Shown: piece after piece, positions 51,971 through 64,000 of the stretch
Layout of the letters: each line of letters begins with the position of its first letter
Position numbering within the stretch: the stretch's first letter is position 1
NCBI RefSeq assembly: GCF_009914755.1
Contig: NC_060941.1
Length of the DNA stretch: 64,000 nt
Reading direction: 5' to 3' (one strand)
Origin: the human T2T-CHM13v2.0 reference genome, Homo sapiens
Notes under the pieces: model-generated
Told to the model about the DNA's origin: nothing
The model's database searches: none
What the model saw: only the letters and a program-made list of their open reading frames with translations
Translations under genes and position numbers: made by a program

Positions 51971-54244
51971 GAGTCACAGAGCGGCCGCCCAGAGCGGCGG
52001 CGAGGGCGGCGGGGCGCGGGGCTCCAGGACACAGCTGAGCCGGCGGTCAGAGCGAGACCTGCAGCAGAGACGACGGAGGCGGAAGCATCTCGATCCGGGA
52101 GGCGGCGGCGTGGGGAGCCGGGGCCGCCTGGGGAGCCGGGGCCGCCTGGGATGTTCAGTCATGAAATGAGTGCGTACCGAGGAGATCCAGATGGCAGTGT
52201 CCTGCTACCTCAAACGCTGGCAGTACGTGGACTCAGACGGTCCCCTGAAGCAAGGACTGCGGCTGCCACAGACTGCTGAAGAGTTGGCGGCCAATCTCAC
52301 GGTACACAGAGAATCTCATTGTGCCGACATAGTGTCTGCAGTCCCTTGCCAGGCAGAGCCCCAGCAATATGAAGTACAGTTTGGACGACTGCGGAATTTT
52401 CTCATCGATTCTGATTCCCCGCATAGCCACGAAGTGATGCCTCTCCTTTATCCTCTCTTTGTCTGCCTCCATCTCAGCCTGGTCCAGAACAGTCCAAAAA
52501 GTACAGTGGAAAGTTTTTACAGCCGCTTCCATGGAATGTTTCTGCAGAAAGCTAGCCAGAAGGGCGTCATTGAGCAGCTACAGACCACTCAAACCATCCA
52601 GGACATCCTATCTAACTTCAAGCTTCGAGCATTCCTAGATAACAATTACGTGGTCCATCTCCAAGAAGACAGCTACAACTACCTTATCCACTACCTCCAA
52701 AGTGACAGCTATACTGCCCTGTGCAAAATGTTTATCTTACTTATTCATCTTGATGTGCAGCCTGCCAAGACAACAGACTAACAGCTGTATGCAAGTGGCA
52801 GCTCCTCCCGCAGTGAGAACAATTACTTGGAGGCCCCTGATATGCCCAGCCCTATTCTGCAGAACGATGCTGCCCTGGAGGTCTTACAGGAGCGCATTAA
52901 GCAAGTCAAGGATGGGTGTCCCTCCCTCACTACCGTCTGCTTCTATAACACCTAGCAGCTGTTGAACACTGCAGAAATCTCCCCTGATAGCAAGCTGCTT
53001 GCTGCTGGGTTTGACAACTCCTGTATAAAACTTTGGAGCTTACAATCCAGGAAGTTAAAATCAGAGTCCTGTCAAGTAGACATGTCCCGCATCCATTTGG
53101 CTTGTGATATTCTGGAGGAGGATGTGTGAATACCGTTTTTTCTTCCCTGCACCTGCCTTCCTAATTTGCTTAGAATGTCCTTACCAAACACGACATATCT
53201 TAGAATGGACTTCCTAATTTTCCTCATCATATAGCTAAAGCCAGACTAATGCCATGTAACCTGTAGCCACTGAATTCCTGCACATGCCTAACCTAAGGTG
53301 TAAAAACAATTTTTAGCAACGTAACTTAACATTATTAATGAATGGTAGTATTTATACTATCTGAAATGTGGATAACAACCCTAAGCCTAATTAAAGACCT
53401 TTAGCTAATAATGACTTTAGCTGAGATTTGCAGTAAATATGCACTTATGTGTGCGTACATTTGCTCAGGTATAAATAATTAGAAGTAAGATTACTGAGTC
53501 AAAGGGCCTGCATTGTAAACTGTAATGAATATTGCTTTTCCCACAGAAGGTTGTGCCATTTCACAGTCTCAGCAGCAGTAGTGAGAACACTGCTGTCCCT
53601 GCACCCTCACCACACTGGATGGTATTGCCTTTCTGAGGCCAGTCCGTATCCTGTGGATCCATGTACCCCAGGGTGTTCCCAGACCCCACTTTGAGAAGTA
53701 ACACAGGAAGTAGAGTTGCTAGCTCTCCCCTGTCAGTCAGTGTTCAACCTTTTTTGGTTTGTAACCATTTAGTCATTGAAAAGGGCAGGCGCAGCTTGGG
53801 TTTCAGGTCACTGAAAATCACTACCTTAGAAAAAAATGTAGGCCAAGGAAGATAGAAATTAAACTTCACAGAGTTAACTTTCCTTCAGAGTGTTCCTGCG
53901 AAAGCTGTGGGCCAAAATATTTTTGTCTTATCACCACTGAAATTCAGGTAGCTCTGCCTCATGTTACTTTGGATGGAAAATTCTTTATACGATGTTAAAA
54001 ATTTAAGGATCAAAAATATCACGCTAACTAAGTTACAGTTAATGATAAGGATATCAAGAATATTCGGTGTGCTAAATTAAGCCATTGTTTTCCTGTTTCT
54101 GTTTTCTGAGTCTGCGTCCAGTTAGTATGGCCTTTGAATTTTTGATTACTGCAACCGAGACAGTATAATTCAAGGATTTCCTTATGATGAGTAAAGAGTC
54201 TGATTCCTACGTAGAAGCTTTAATTTCTAGTATTTTTTTTAAAC

Positions 54245-62592
<8,348 letters not shown>

Positions 62593-63619
62593 TAATTTCT
62601 AGAATTTTATAGTACTCTCCAAAATATTTTTATTACATTTATATTTGAATTTTCAAACTTCTCTTTTCCTTGGAGACAGTTCTCTTTTCCTTGGAGACAG
62701 TTTTTCTGATAAAACTGAGGAATATTGCCTGCATTTTCTTTCAGTTTTCTGTAAATACAAAAAATAATATTTATACTGACCTTATTAGCTTTGATGATAC
62801 AGAGTTTGGGATTATTCTGGGCATTAAAAATTAATATTAAGGAAGATAGCATTATGACATCTTGTAACAGTAGACCAAAATAAAACATTTTAAGACTCTG
62901 GCCACTACTGAAAACTAGCTCTGTGACTTGTCCTATATATATTTCTGGGTATTATCTGAAGACTCAAAAGTGAGGAACAGAGTGAGGAATCCCAGGAACT
63001 GAAAGAAATTAAGTATGGCTGGAGTTAGGAGAAGGGCTAAGACAGGAAGTGATGTGATGACAGTGTCTTATATGAGCAATTATGACAGCCAAACTAAGGT
63101 AGTGACAGTGGAAAAGGAGGCATGGATGGACTAGAGAAGAGCTCAGTTATTAGATTACTGTAGGGGATGAGGGAGAGGAAGCACCAAGGGTGACGTTTGT
63201 GTCTCAGGCTTAAACAGTTGGATATCCATCAAGAAAAGAGCAAAAGATGTCATTGGAATGGTGGTTTTGTTTAAATACTTCTGGCTTTCCACCATTGTTC
63301 ATATTGAAAGTACTGCAGATGCTCGCCAGCCTCTGCCTTTTTTAAGAATAAACTTTTTTTAAACTAAAGAACTAAAGCTGAGATTCTTCTGTTCTGTTGT
63401 TGAGGGGCTTCCTGTGTGGGATTTCTGCATGCCCGCCCATTTAGTCACAGCAATTTGGGAAGTTTTCTCTTTGGTTTCTGACAATGAGCATTTGGGGGGA
63501 AAGCCAGGCATAAATTAGTTACAGTAGTTGGTGTTTAATGTTTCTCCAGTGAAAATTTGGACTTTTATTTTTTCCTTGTAGAACGCATAATTAAAACTCA
63601 TAGTATTATTTTGAAATGA

Positions 63620-63941
<322 letters not shown>

Positions 63942-64000
63942 AAAAAATAGAGACTCTTAATGGAGGAGCCATAAACTCACATACCTATAGAAGCCAAACT

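Noticed and set aside
62659-62700. 21-bp tandem duplication TTCTCTTTTCCTTGGAGACAG x2
   Set aside because: Real but most simply a slippage event, with no evidence of function.

Overview
Primate (almost certainly human) genomic DNA from the Schlafen cluster; by recall this is 17q12, between SLFN13 and SLFN12L. The one intact protein-coding gene is SLFN12L on the minus strand. I reconstruct its coding exons as 41678-41691, 33067-34145, 32025-32135 and 28876-29438, all with GT/AG boundaries and in frame, giving 588 aa. The left end carries a CpG-island promoter and non-coding 5' exons of another minus-strand gene, probably SLFN13. The rest is retroelement-dense: four processed pseudogenes (ADSS2, a decayed RAB38 copy missed by the ORF track, E2F3, TAF5L), a deleted HERV-L/MLT2A provirus, a Harlequin/HERV-E-type LTR2 provirus, solo LTRs, L1 fragments and more than 25 Alus. 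The most notable observations are: (1) the hydrophobic C-terminus of the SLFN12L RNase is read antisense from an Alu tail microsatellite; (2) the ADSS2 retrocopy appears exon-skipped and is fused to an L1 without a poly(A); (3) the hidden RAB38 retrocopy; (4) a four-level nested insertion inside the TAF5L retrocopy; (5) a (GGAA)15 microsatellite in a SLFN12L intron. I found no wholly new multi-gene system. Gene and repeat names come from recalled sequences, not database searches.
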